Below are positions 1 to 10,270 of a DNA stretch of 64,000 nucleotides, piece by piece; position 1 is the stretch's first letter, and every line of letters begins with the position of its first letter. Made by a program: the position numbers and the translations under genes. Under the pieces are notes generated by a model. That model was not told where the DNA came from. It saw only the letters and a program-made list of their open reading frames with translations, and did no database searches. Origin of the DNA: an uncultured Candidatus Saccharibacteria bacterium (GTDB taxonomy: Bacteria; Patescibacteriota; Minisyncoccia; Phycocordibacterales; UBA2100); contig CAYRHX010000003.1 in NCBI GenBank assembly GCA_964424265.1, positions 2,269 through 66,268 of the forward strand. The letters run 5' to 3'.

Positions 1-506
1 GAGAGATGACGCAATACGAATTCCGTGAGCAGCACCTTCGCTTGGAGGCTTTACAACATACGGAGGCGGAAATTGTTTAAAAACGCGTAGGGACATTTCT
101 CCTGTGTTCATGCCATTTGTAGCAGAAAAAGCCAAACCGCGAGGCATGCGAATACCTGCCTGCTCCAAAACATCGCGAGCGCGAATCTTGTTGAACGTCG
201 CCGCCGAGGGATGCGCTCGTGATCCCGCATACGGGATTCCTGAACGATCCAATATTCTGTGGACAGTGCCATCCTCACCAACACCACCGTGAAGAGCGTT
301 GAGCACGACATCGACTTGAGAGAGCGCGCGTGCAGCATCGACCGCAGTACCGCGCAGATGCCAGTAACCTCGTTTATCCACGAATATGTCTCGAGTCTCG
401 TACCGATCTTCTGGAAGCGCGGTGAGCATGGCGGCTCCCGTTTTTAAGGACAAATCATACTCGTTGGATGTTCCGCCGCGCAAAATACCGACGCTCAGTC
501 GTGTCA
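1..506 (-). CDS. ddl: D-alanine--D-alanine ligase, N-terminal part; gene runs off the window start
   Basis: Manual minus-strand translation from ATG at 506 gives MTRLSVGILRGGTSNEYDLSLKTGAAML...VVLNALHGGVGEDGTVHRILDRSGIPYAGS... with no stop before position 1. This is the typical Ddl N-terminal pattern (GG-S-EhevSL ... HG--GEDG-vQg-Le--giPYvG). It is missing from the ORF track because it is incomplete. Confidence 0.75.
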
Positions 507-543
507 TGTAAGAAGTATATCACTCGATAACGCTACAGTGTTG

Positions 544-987
544 CTATTTGGGAAGTTTGAATATGGAATCATCCGGTATCCACCATGGAGAGCAATCCCA
601 CCTATATGAAAAAATAATTTCGTCGACAAGGGCGACTCGTTGCTGCAAGTCGAGCCGAGGTGACATCAGATCGGAAGTTTCGGGATATATGTAGTGCACT
701 CCATTCGACTGGACAAACACGTGGAGACGACCCCGAAATCCCTGGACGGATCCTTCTATCATGACGTTGAACAACGCTATACCCCTGTGTACATATAAGA
801 CGCCCGTGCTGCTGCTTTGAAAATCGCCTTTTTGTACAGTGCACACTGTCGCGGGTGCGCTTTTTAGAATAGTAAATGATTCAAAATGCGTAAGCTTATT
901 AGCTGCAGAATTTCGATAGAGAACATACCAACCGACACAGAAAACTATAAGTCCTATCAATACCATATCAAACAGAACATTGCGCAT
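544..987 (-). CDS. hypothetical membrane-anchored protein with an N-terminal TM helix, between uvrC and ddl
   Basis: 147-aa ORF with a hydrophobic N-terminus (VLIGLIVFCVGWYVLY) followed by a soluble domain. No recognisable motif and no obvious SD. Confidence 0.4.
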   Translation of the reverse strand: MRNVLFDMVLIGLIVFCVGWYVLYRNSAANKLTHFESFTILKSAPATVCTVQKGDFQSSSTGVLYVHRGIALFNVMIEGSVQGFRGRLHVFVQSNGVHYIYPETSDLMSPRLDLQQRVALVDEIIFSYRWDCSPWWIPDDSIFKLPK

Positions 988-1008
988 GACACGCAGTATA
1001 TCAAAAAA

Positions 1009-2238
1009 TCACATCAACGACCGAGACCTCCGTGAACGATGGAATCGGATTGCGTAGCGGTGTGCCTCGCTATTTGCTAGCAATATGTCTCGCTCGTACG
1101 CCTCAATCGCACGCGCGTCCCCAATGAGGCGCTCCGGCTTATGGAAGATGTTTTTAACCACCCCAACAATTGGTATGTCGATCCCTACCTCCTTCGAAAT
1201 TCGCTGCGCAGCCCTCATCTGCCCTAGCCCACCATCGACGACAAGCACTCGCGGAAGCGGCCACTCGGGATGATTCAAGCGCCTGGAGAGAACCTCTTTT
1301 AAAGATGCGATGTCGTCGTTGGTCGCAGTGCGTATCTTAAATTTTCTATACGCCCCCCTGATCATTTCTCCATTATGAATCACCACCATCACACCCCCGG
1401 TCTCCGATCCACCCGTATGAGCGACGTCGTATGCCTCTATGCGCACTCCGCCACCCGAGGAGATACGTTCGTCTTTAATGAGCGACACATCGCGAATGTG
1501 CTCCAGCGCTGCGACCTGCCTTTTGAGTGTAGACGCATCTTCAAAACGCTCTTCCTGTGCCGCCTTCTGCATATCCCGTGCGAGGCGACGTTTCAATCCC
1601 TTAAAATTACCCGAAAAGAGCTCGTGGATATTTTTGATGGTACGAGCGTAAGCCGACCTCGAAAACTCTCCCGAGCACACGCCGGGGCACAATCCAATTT
1701 GTCGATTAAAGCAGGGTTTTCCCGTATTAGGAACACACCTGTCGCGATACGGAAATATCTTTCGAACGATTTTCAATGCATCCAACAATTGCCCTCCATG
1801 CGGAAAAGGGCCAAAGACAGTTTTGGGTTTGTAGCTTTTAGTTTGCGATCCAAATAATTCTCGACCGCGAACCTTAAGAATTCGGGGATACTCCTCTCTT
1901 GTTATGACCACATAATTGTAACTTTTATTATCTTTTTCATCGGTGTTGTAAGGTGGCTGATGTTTCTTTATCAGATTCGCCTCAAGAATGAGGGCCTCGA
2001 GCACTGAACCTGCGGTTTTGTGAGAAATTGAGCGCGCCTCAGATACCATCTTTGCAATCGCACTACTGCGCGCGCTGGCTAGCTGCGGCGAAAAATAGCT
2101 CCTCACCCTATCTCGAAGAGATGTGGCCTTGCCGATATAGAGAATCCTTTTTCTCCCATCCCGAAAGAAATATACCCCGGGCGTATCCGGAAGTGCGTAC
2201 GTTTGCAATGCATCACGATTCATACGAAGAGAGTACAC
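1009..2238 (-). CDS. uvrC: excinuclease ABC subunit C, short form lacking the C-terminal HhH domains
   Basis: N-terminal GIY-YIG motif (PGVYFF...ILYIGKATSLRDRVRSYF), a UVR domain (EERFEDASTLKRQVAALEHI) and a C-terminal RNase-H-like endonuclease region (IEAYDVAHTGG). It ends at 409 aa, against about 600 aa for canonical UvrC. Confidence 0.85.
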   Translation of the reverse strand: MYSLRMNRDALQTYALPDTPGVYFFRDGRKRILYIGKATSLRDRVRSYFSPQLASARSSAIAKMVSEARSISHKTAGSVLEALILEANLIKKHQPPYNTDEKDNKSYNYVVITREEYPRILKVRGRELFGSQTKSYKPKTVFGPFPHGGQLLDALKIVRKIFPYRDRCVPNTGKPCFNRQIGLCPGVCSGEFSRSAYARTIKNIHELFSGNFKGLKRRLARDMQKAAQEERFEDASTLKRQVAALEHIRDVSLIKDERISSGGGVRIEAYDVAHTGGSETGGVMVVIHNGEMIRGAYRKFKIRTATNDDIASLKEVLSRRLNHPEWPLPRVLVVDGGLGQMRAAQRISKEVGIDIPIVGVVKNIFHKPERLIGDARAIEAYERDILLANSEAHRYAIRFHRSRRSRSLM

Positions 2239-2250
2239 ACCTCAGAAGAT

Positions 2251-2278
2251 TTGACAACTCGCACGCATTTACTATACT
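2251..2278 (+). promoter_or_regulatory. sigma70-like promoter TTGACA-16-TATACT upstream of carA, divergent from uvrC
   Basis: Near-consensus -35 TTGACA (2251-2256) and -10 TATACT (2273-2278) with a 16-nt spacer, about 100 nt upstream of the carA ATG. Confidence 0.4.
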
Positions 2279-2379
2279 TCTGTTTTAATGACTCCTCAGA
2301 CTTTGTGGATCAAGAACACCCGCAAGGGTGCATTTTTATATCTGCCACATACGTCCGCCAAGCGCGGACTTTTTCTTAT

Positions 2380-3414
2380 ATGAAGTTAACTCTTCAAAAC
2401 AGCGCGGTATTCGAGGGAGAGAATTTCGGCGCAAACTCTTCGATCTCAGGCGAAGTCGTGTTTACGACCGGCATGACGGGATACGTCGAGAGCCTCACCG
2501 ACCCATCATTTGCGGGACAAATCCTCGTCTGCACCTACCCTCTTATCGGCAACTACGGAGTACCGTCTTCCGATACGTTTGAGTCATGCAAAATCCAAAT
2601 CGCCGGCCTCATTGTTTCAGAATACTCAGAAAATTACTCACATGGAGACGCACAGCAATCACTCGACGCGTGGCTCAAGACATCCGGTGTCCCGGCCATT
2701 ACGGGAGTTGATACACGCGCCCTTACAAAACTCTTGCGCGAACACGGTGTGATGCTCGGACATCTTGGAAGCTCTCCGGAGTCGGCGCACTTCACAGACC
2801 CCAATCAAGAAAATCTTGTTGCCCGCGTAAGCCCTGCTGAAAAGCGCATATATGGCAATGGGCCGATCACGATTATCGCGATCGACTGTGGGATGAAAGA
2901 AAATATCGTGCGTTCTCTCACTCGACCTGAAGTGACCTTGGTGCGAGTGCCGTGGGATTACAACTTCACCGCGGATTCATATGATGCCCTTTTCATTTCG
3001 AATGGTCCGGGAGATCCGACCGCGTGTACGACGACGATCAAACATATCCAAATGGCAATGCGTGCCGCTAAACCAATTCTTGGCATATGCCTAGGCAACC
3101 AGCTGCTCGCACTTGCTGCCGGCGCGACTACATTCAAACTCAAATATGGACATCGCGGCCAAAATCAGCCATGCATAGACACGAAAACGAATCGTTGCTA
3201 TATCACATCACAAAATCACGGATACGCTGTCGAGACGACATCCCTACCTTCAGACTGGGAGGAGTGGTTTAAAAACGCCAACGACGGGAGCAACGAGGGT
3301 ATCCGGCACAAAACCAAACCCTGGATGTCTGTTCAGTTTCACCCGGAAGCAGCCCCCGGCCCCACCGACACAGCGTGGATATTCGACGAGTTCATTGCGT
3401 CCTTAAAAAGATAG
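2380..3414 (+). CDS. carA: carbamoyl-phosphate synthase small (glutamine amidotransferase) subunit
   Basis: MKLTLQNSAVFEGENFGA...TGMTGYVESLTDPSFAGQILVCTYPLIGNYGVP and a class-I GATase C-terminus (GICLGNQLLALA). Start taken at the internal ATG 2380, which matches CarA N-termini; the ORF-track start 2203 lies upstream. Confidence 0.9.
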   Translation: MKLTLQNSAVFEGENFGANSSISGEVVFTTGMTGYVESLTDPSFAGQILVCTYPLIGNYGVPSSDTFESCKIQIAGLIVSEYSENYSHGDAQQSLDAWLKTSGVPAITGVDTRALTKLLREHGVMLGHLGSSPESAHFTDPNQENLVARVSPAEKRIYGNGPITIIAIDCGMKENIVRSLTRPEVTLVRVPWDYNFTADSYDALFISNGPGDPTACTTTIKHIQMAMRAAKPILGICLGNQLLALAAGATTFKLKYGHRGQNQPCIDTKTNRCYITSQNHGYAVETTSLPSDWEEWFKNANDGSNEGIRHKTKPWMSVQFHPEAAPGPTDTAWIFDEFIASLKR

Positions 3415-3415
3415 T

Positions 3416-6400
3416 ATGAAGAAGCCGCGTAGAGTCTTATTGTTCGGCTCCGGAGGCCTGAAGATCGGTCAAGCTGGAGAATTTGACTACTCGGGTACCC
3501 AGGCCATCAAAGCGCTAAAAGAGGAGGGTGTTCACGTCGTTTTGATGAATCCCAACATCGCCACGGTACAGACCGACGAAGGGCTCGCCGACACCGTATA
3601 TTTCTTGCCTCTCACTGAGCACTTTGCATCACAGGTCATTCGGAAAGAAAAACCAGATGCGATCCTTCTTTCTTTCGGAGGACAAACGGCGCTCAATCTC
3701 GGGCTCGCGCTCGAAAAAACTGGTGTCTTGCAAAAATTTAACGTTCGCGTACTCGGAACACCTGTGTCCACAATTCGCGATACTGAAGATAGAGATTTGT
3801 TCGTCAAACGTCTCGCAGAGATCGACGTAAAAACCGCCCGCAGCTATGCCACGTCAAACACGAAAGCTGCATTGAAGGCAGCGGAGAAAATCGGCTACCC
3901 CGTGATGATGCGATCTGGTTTCGCGCTCGGAGGAGAAGGTTCGGGCAAAGTGGGAAACGCCGAGGAGCTCGCTGCGCGACTAACTGAGGTTTTTCGATCA
4001 ACTCCACAAGTTCTCATCGAAGAGTATCTCGGCGGCTGGAAAGAGATTGAGTACGAGGTTGTGCGTGATCGGGCGGATAACTGCATTACGGTATGCAACA
4101 TGGAAAACATCGACCCCATGGGAATTCACACTGGTGAGTCAATTGTCGTCGCCCCTTCGCAGACACTTTCCAACACCGAATATCATCATCTACGCGAAGT
4201 GGCCATCAAGACCATCCGCCATCTCGGAATTATCGGCGAATGCAACATTCAGTACGCGCTTCACCCGAAAAGCGGTGATTACCGCGTCATCGAAGTCAAT
4301 GCACGCCTTTCACGTTCCTCAGCCCTCGCCTCCAAGGCCACGGGATATCCGCTTGCCTTTGTCGCAGCAAAGCTTTCGCTTGGGTATACGCTTACCGATT
4401 TACGAAATTCTGTCACCAAAAAGACTACCGCGTGTTTTGAACCCGCGCTCGATTACATTGCACTTAAAATTCCTCGGTGGGATCTCGCCAAATTCGAAAA
4501 TGCCGCAACAAAGATAGGCACCGAGATGAAGAGTGTAGGAGAGGTCATGGCCATCGGGCGATCTTTTGAGGAGGTATTGCAAAAGGCGCTGCGCATGTTA
4601 AACACAGGCGCGAAAGGGTTTACCGCACACGGCAACACCGACTTCGATGTGCCCGACTACGTAAAAGAGATACGGGAGCCGACCACGCGGCGCATCTTCG
4701 CGGTGGCACAAGCATTGCGCGCGGGCGAATCCGTAGGGAGAATCCATTCGCTTTCAAAAATCGACCCCTGGTTTATCGAAAAGATGCGCGCCATTACCGA
4801 TATGGAAAAAGAGCTGAAGAGCAAGAAGCTAGACGAGCGCATGATGCTGCGCGCCAAAAAGACAGGGTTCTCCGATCTGCAGATTGCGATTATCAAGAAG
4901 AAAACCGAAACTGAAATCCATCTCACCCGTAAGCGATTCGGCATTCTTCCCTCAGTAAAGCAAATAGATACGCTGGCTGGAGAATTCCCTACGGAGACCA
5001 ATTACTTGTATCTCACGTATCACGGTAATGAGCACGATGTAACGCCTGGTAAAAAACAAATCGCAGTCATCGGCAGCGGCCCATACGCGATCGGCTCTTC
5101 AGTGGAATTCGATTGGTCGTGCGTACAGGCACTCAACACACTCAAGCAAGAGGGCTTCAATACCATTATGATCAACTCGAACCCGGAAACTGTCTCGACC
5201 GACTACGATATGTCGAACCGCTTGTACTTCGAAGAACTCTCGCTAGAACGCGTACTCGATATTATCGACTTCGAAAACCCTGAGGGCACGGTCGTCTCGA
5301 CCGGTGGACAAATACCAAACAATCTGGCACTTACATTGTATAAGAAAAAAGTACCGATTCTTGGCACAAACCCCGAAGACATCGACAAAGCAGAAGATCG
5401 TCATATCTTTTCCAAACTCCTCGACACACTCGGAGTGGATCAACCCACGTGGTCCGAAGTAGGATCTCACATAGACGCCGCCAAGGCTGCTGCAAAAATG
5501 GGTTACCCTGTCCTTGTACGACCATCGTACGTTCTCTCTGGCGCCGCAATGAAAGTGGCCTATGACGAGACTTCCCTTTTGCAATTCTTGAAACGAGCGG
5601 CTGCGATCTCGGTCGACCATCCCGTCGTTATATCGAAATTCATCGAAAACGCCCGTGAAATCGAGATTGATGGCGTTGCGGCCAAAGGTAGCCTCAAACT
5701 GTATGCCATCACTGAGCACGTCGAAAATGCCGGGACTCATTCGGGAGATGCTACGGTGGTTTTACCACCACAGCGTACATACATCGAGACCACGCGACGC
5801 GCAAAGCATATTACTAAATCGATCGTGAAGGCGCTCAATATAACTGGACCATTTAATATTCAGTTCATTGCAAAAGATAATAAACTTCAAGTCATCGAGT
5901 GCAACGTCCGCGCATCGCGCAGTTTTCCCTTTGTTTCAAAAGTCACGGGATACAATTTTATAGAGAAAGCTATCTACGCAATGCTCGGTAAGGATATCTC
6001 CGGAGATTACCGCACGCTCGAGCTCGACCTTGTAGCTGTAAAATCTCCCCAGTTCTCTTACAGCCGAATTAAAGGAGCTGATCCGCGGTCCAATGTGGAA
6101 ATGGCTTCGACCGGCGAGGTCGCATGCTTCGCAGACACGTACCCCGAGGCACTCCTCAAATCAATGATGGCTGCAGGATTTCGACTTCCTAGGAAAAACA
6201 TTCTGATCTCGCTCGGCAAAGAGGAGAACAAAGTGAAACTTCTCCCAGCGATCCAAGAGCTAGCAAAAATGAAGTTCAAGCTTTTCGCGACGGAGGATAC
6301 CGCAGACTTTTTGCATTCCCACAACATTCACTGCAAAAAGGTATTCAAGATCAGCACCAAAAGAGAGCCGAGCGTCGCGACACTCCTTGACGCAGGAACG

Positions 6401-6598
6401 CTCGATTTGATTATTAATATCCCTACGCGTGCGTCTCTAAGCGAAAACACCGATGGATTTACCATAAGGCGCAAGGCCGTCGACATGAACATCTCTCTTA
6501 TCACCAACAGGCAGCTCGCCGAAGCGTTTATCTTTGCGCTTGCTGAGCAAAAAGGCAACGGGCTAAAAACGAAATCGTGGAAGGAATACAGAAGTTGA
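3416..6598 (+). CDS. carB: carbamoyl-phosphate synthase large subunit
   Basis: 1060 aa with a duplicated ATP-grasp architecture and N-terminus MKKPRRVLLFGSGGLKIGQAGEFDYSGTQA. It begins 2 nt after the carA stop. Confidence 0.95.
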   Translation: MKKPRRVLLFGSGGLKIGQAGEFDYSGTQAIKALKEEGVHVVLMNPNIATVQTDEGLADTVYFLPLTEHFASQVIRKEKPDAILLSFGGQTALNLGLALEKTGVLQKFNVRVLGTPVSTIRDTEDRDLFVKRLAEIDVKTARSYATSNTKAALKAAEKIGYPVMMRSGFALGGEGSGKVGNAEELAARLTEVFRSTPQVLIEEYLGGWKEIEYEVVRDRADNCITVCNMENIDPMGIHTGESIVVAPSQTLSNTEYHHLREVAIKTIRHLGIIGECNIQYALHPKSGDYRVIEVNARLSRSSALASKATGYPLAFVAAKLSLGYTLTDLRNSVTKKTTACFEPALDYIALKIPRWDLAKFENAATKIGTEMKSVGEVMAIGRSFEEVLQKALRMLNTGAKGFTAHGNTDFDVPDYVKEIREPTTRRIFAVAQALRAGESVGRIHSLSKIDPWFIEKMRAITDMEKELKSKKLDERMMLRAKKTGFSDLQIAIIKKKTETEIHLTRKRFGILPSVKQIDTLAGEFPTETNYLYLTYHGNEHDVTPGKKQIAVIGSGPYAIGSSVEFDWSCVQALNTLKQEGFNTIMINSNPETVSTDYDMSNRLYFEELSLERVLDIIDFENPEGTVVSTGGQIPNNLALTLYKKKVPILGTNPEDIDKAEDRHIFSKLLDTLGVDQPTWSEVGSHIDAAKAAAKMGYPVLVRPSYVLSGAAMKVAYDETSLLQFLKRAAAISVDHPVVISKFIENAREIEIDGVAAKGSLKLYAITEHVENAGTHSGDATVVLPPQRTYIETTRRAKHITKSIVKALNITGPFNIQFIAKDNKLQVIECNVRASRSFPFVSKVTGYNFIEKAIYAMLGKDISGDYRTLELDLVAVKSPQFSYSRIKGADPRSNVEMASTGEVACFADTYPEALLKSMMAAGFRLPRKNILISLGKEENKVKLLPAIQELAKMKFKLFATEDTADFLHSHNIHCKKVFKISTKREPSVATLLDAGTLDLIINIPTRASLSENTDGFTIRRKAVDMNISLITNRQLAEAFIFALAEQKGNGLKTKSWKEYRS

Positions 6599-6622
6599 CG
6601 ACCTTCATCTGAACCAGGAGAT

Positions 6623-9295
6623 TTATTTCTTTATTTTTCTCAAACTCCTCTTCAAATAATATCCCGTATGCGAACCGTCGGTCTTTGACACCTCTTCTGG
6701 TGTCCCTTGTGCGACGATCCTTCCTCCACCCCGACCACCTTCGGGCCCCATGTCGATAATGTGATCGGCGCATTTCAGTACATCGAGATTGTGTTCTATC
6801 GTTATGACCGTATTTCCCCGTTCAACAAGTTTCTGCAATATATCAATAAGCTTCGCAACGTCATCGTAATGAAGACCGACCGTCGGTTCATCGAGCAGAT
6901 AGATGCTCTTCGTGATGAGGGGGCGATACAATTCAGATGCGATTTTTACGCGCTGCGCTTCCCCACCTGAGAGAGTCGTCGCGCTCTGCCCCAACTCTAG
7001 GTAGCCGAGGCCAACATCAATGAGGCTCTGCATTCGATCGGTAATGGCGGGTATGTCTGCAAAAAACGCGTTCGCCTCCTCCACGGTCATCGAGAGGACG
7101 TCGTGAATATTTTTCTTTTTATACTTAACCTCAAGGGTTTCTTTCATAAATCGCTTTCCGTTGCACACGTCGCAGGTCACATACACCGTCGGCAAAAAGT
7201 GCATTTCGACGGCGACCAAGCCGTTGCCTTGACACGCCTCGCAGCGACCACCCTTTACGTTGAAAGAAAAGCGACCCGGGCCCCACGCGCGTGCGCGCGA
7301 TTCCTCGGAGAGTGCAAACATGTCGCGAATGTGCGTCCATGCGCCCGTGTATGTGGCAGGATTCGAGCGAGGCGTGCGTCCGATCGGGGACTGGTCAATG
7401 AGGATAGAGCGCCCGAGATACTCTGTTCCGCTAAACTCTTTGCAATTGTAGATCTTTGCCGTGCGATACCGCTTGTCAAATCGCGCTTGCAGATTTCTAT
7501 GTAGTATTTCGTAGAGAAATGTAGATTTGCCCGATCCCGAGACGCCGGAAACAACGACCAACTTTGCGAGCGGTATATCGACGTTGAGGTTTTCGATACT
7601 AAACTTACTCGCGCCTCGGATCTTTATCTTCCCCCTGTCCGCGACGCGACGCTTTTCGGGCATCTCAATATGATTCTCCTCGCGCAAATATCCGAGCGTG
7701 CGCGAGCCGGATTTGTTGCTTTTTGCCGTCAGAAGATCTTCAAGCCAGCCCGAAACCACTATATTTCCCCCATGCACTCCCGCACCAGGGCCAAGATCGA
7801 CGATATAATCCGATGCAAAAATGGTGTCTTCGTCGTGCTCCACGACCAAAACGGTATTGCCGAGATCACGCAAGTGTTTCAGCGTTGTAATGAGTTTGTC
7901 GTTGTCTCGTTGGTGGAGGCCAATTGTTGGCTCGTCGAGCACATAGAGGGCCCCCACAAGGCCGCTGCCGAGTTGAGAGGCGAGCCTGATGCGTTGTGCC
8001 TCTCCGCCTGAGAGCGTATTCGCCTTTCGATCAAGTGTGAGATACTCGATGCCGACGCTCAACATAAATTGTAGCCGGTTCGTAATCTCTTTGATGATGA
8101 CGCGGGAGATGTCCTGCTCTTTTTTTGTAAGATGCAACGTTTTGAAAAATTCCATCGAATCTTCGATCGAAAGTGATGCGAGGTGGACTATGTCCGTACC
8201 AGTCACGGGTCCCTCACCTTCAGTGCCCTTGATTTTACCGAGGAAGACGTTGAGCGCCTCGGGTCGCAATCGCGCGCCACTGCACACATCGCACGCCTCG
8301 TCGCCAAAGAAATACTTGGTCCCCAAGCCTTTGCATTCTGGGCACGCTCCGTACGGAGAATTGAATGAGAAGAGGCGCGGCTCTATCTCGGGAAATGAAA
8401 ATCCATCGTAGGGACACATGAATTTGGCAGAGACTATCCTGCTTCCACCTGAAGCATCCGTTATCTTTACCAGTCCCTCTGACCCTAAGAGCGCTCGCTC
8501 GATAGCCTCGCTCGCGCGCTCGCGCGCGGCCTTCGCGTCATCGGTAAATTCGGAGACAAATATTTCGTCGACGACGATGTCTATATCGTGTTTGAAATGT
8601 TTTTTGAGATGAATGCGTTCGCGCAATGATTTATCTTCACCATCTACTACAGCCTTTTCAAAACCTTTATTGAGCATATCGTAGAGAAGCTGGTAGTACT
8701 CACCCTTGCGGCCTACGACGACCGGAGAAGAAATGCGGATCTTCGCGTGAGACACACCTTTGGTCAGTTCTTTTTTTCCCTCAACCTTAGAGGCAGACTT
8801 TCGAGCCTGCTCAACGATGCTCAACACTGATTCTAGTATTTCTTCATTGGTATGCTTGCGCACTTCGCGACCACAGATCGTACAATGCGGCTTTCCCACA
8901 CGCGCATAAAGAACACGGAGGTAATCGTATATTTCCGTGATCGTCGCAACGGTAGAACGTGGATTATTGGATCGTGATTTTTGGTCGATCGAAATGGCAG
9001 GAGAAAGACCAGTGATCTCATCGACATCCGGCTTCTGCATCTGGCGCAAAAATTGCCTCGCATAGGCAGAGAGCGACTCCACATATTTACGCTGCCCTTC
9101 CGCGAATATAGTATCGAATGCCAAAGACGACTTCCCCGATCCGGAAAGTCCGGTAAAAACGACCATCTTGTTGCGCGGAATTTCCACACTCACGTTTTTC
9201 AAGTTGTGAGTTCGAGCACCTTTTATGACTATTTTACCTGCCTCGAGCGAAGTCGAGGGGTCCGTATCCTTGTTTTTTTCAGCCATATATACCAT
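6623..9295 (-). CDS. uvrA: excinuclease ABC subunit A
   Basis: 890 aa with two ABC ATPase modules and zinc-finger Cys clusters. N-terminus [60 protein letters not shown]. Confidence 0.95.
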   Translation of the reverse strand: MVYMAEKNKDTDPSTSLEAGKIVIKGARTHNLKNVSVEIPRNKMVVFTGLSGSGKSSLAFDTIFAEGQRKYVESLSAYARQFLRQMQKPDVDEITGLSPAISIDQKSRSNNPRSTVATITEIYDYLRVLYARVGKPHCTICGREVRKHTNEEILESVLSIVEQARKSASKVEGKKELTKGVSHAKIRISSPVVVGRKGEYYQLLYDMLNKGFEKAVVDGEDKSLRERIHLKKHFKHDIDIVVDEIFVSEFTDDAKAARERASEAIERALLGSEGLVKITDASGGSRIVSAKFMCPYDGFSFPEIEPRLFSFNSPYGACPECKGLGTKYFFGDEACDVCSGARLRPEALNVFLGKIKGTEGEGPVTGTDIVHLASLSIEDSMEFFKTLHLTKKEQDISRVIIKEITNRLQFMLSVGIEYLTLDRKANTLSGGEAQRIRLASQLGSGLVGALYVLDEPTIGLHQRDNDKLITTLKHLRDLGNTVLVVEHDEDTIFASDYIVDLGPGAGVHGGNIVVSGWLEDLLTAKSNKSGSRTLGYLREENHIEMPEKRRVADRGKIKIRGASKFSIENLNVDIPLAKLVVVSGVSGSGKSTFLYEILHRNLQARFDKRYRTAKIYNCKEFSGTEYLGRSILIDQSPIGRTPRSNPATYTGAWTHIRDMFALSEESRARAWGPGRFSFNVKGGRCEACQGNGLVAVEMHFLPTVYVTCDVCNGKRFMKETLEVKYKKKNIHDVLSMTVEEANAFFADIPAITDRMQSLIDVGLGYLELGQSATTLSGGEAQRVKIASELYRPLITKSIYLLDEPTVGLHYDDVAKLIDILQKLVERGNTVITIEHNLDVLKCADHIIDMGPEGGRGGGRIVAQGTPEEVSKTDGSHTGYYLKRSLRKIKK

Positions 9296-9344
9296 TCCAA
9301 CCCCCGCTTTGCGCTAGGGGTTAGCATCGAAGACTATACCATAA

Positions 9345-10268
9345 CTACAGTATTGCAGCCTCTTCGTGTACAGGGATCCCGAATTGCGACATGACGGCAA
9401 TTTTGATTTTCTGGGCCAACGCTTTAACATCTCCGGCGGTAGCATTTCCTTGATTTACGATGTAGTTGGGATGCTGCAGTGAGGCGATAGCGCCTCCCAC
9501 TGTAGCTCCTTTCATACCGGCTTTTTCTATCAACCATCCGGCGGGGACTCTACTCTCACGTGATTTCACTTGCTTCTCTCTCTCGAACATAGCAACGATC
9601 TCTGGAGAAGCCTGAGGATTCATAAAGTATGAGCCGGCAGCACGCACGTTTTGCAAATGACGTCTTTCTCGTTCCACGATCGTTTCTTCGACAAGGTTTG
9701 CACTTGCGGCGGGATTCACTTTCTTTAGACGCACATATGCGCGCGCCACAAACCATTTCGGATGCTGTTTGAAAAAACTATCGCGGTATTGGAACCCACA
9801 CTCGGCATTCGTGAAATCTCGCATCGTGCCCGTGTTCGTGTTGATCGCTTTCACCATGTGTACAAAATCCTTGATCTCCGATCCAAACGCTCCTGCATTC
9901 CCACGCACCGCACCACCCACAGTGCCGGGAATGCCGGCAATCTTTTCCCACCCCCCAAATCCACGCCTCCCTGTCTCTCGAATGAGTGTGAGTAGATCGC
10001 ATCCTGCATCAGCAGCGAGTTCGTTGTCCGCAAATGAATAGCCGCCACCAGAAACATGTATCACGAGACCGTCGAACCCCTCATCGGGTATGAGCACATT
10101 GCTTCCGCCTGCCAATAGCACGAATTTTATATTTTTCCCGTGCGCCCAATGGATCGCGGCACGAACATCATCTTCTGTCATAACATCCACAAAATACTTT
10201 GCGGCGCCGCCTATTTTGAATGTCGTTAGCGGCGCTAATTGAATATCTTTTTGTATTGCAGATTCCAT
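9345..10268 (-). CDS. murB: UDP-N-acetylenolpyruvoylglucosamine reductase
   Basis: FAD-binding N-terminus (LAPLTTFKIGGAAKYFVDV...LLAGGSNVLI) and a MurB C-terminal domain. Confidence 0.9.
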   Translation of the reverse strand: MESAIQKDIQLAPLTTFKIGGAAKYFVDVMTEDDVRAAIHWAHGKNIKFVLLAGGSNVLIPDEGFDGLVIHVSGGGYSFADNELAADAGCDLLTLIRETGRRGFGGWEKIAGIPGTVGGAVRGNAGAFGSEIKDFVHMVKAINTNTGTMRDFTNAECGFQYRDSFFKQHPKWFVARAYVRLKKVNPAASANLVEETIVERERRHLQNVRAAGSYFMNPQASPEIVAMFEREKQVKSRESRVPAGWLIEKAGMKGATVGGAIASLQHPNYIVNQGNATAGDVKALAQKIKIAVMSQFGIPVHEEAAIL

Positions 10269-10270
10269 AA

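Noticed and set aside
1375-1857. 160-aa plus-strand ORF
   Set aside because: It is antisense to uvrC and has no recognisable features.
2279-2379. PyrR-binding attenuator in the carA leader
   Set aside because: The ~100-nt leader shows no PyrR box (ARUCCAGAGAGGCU-like) or terminator hairpin.
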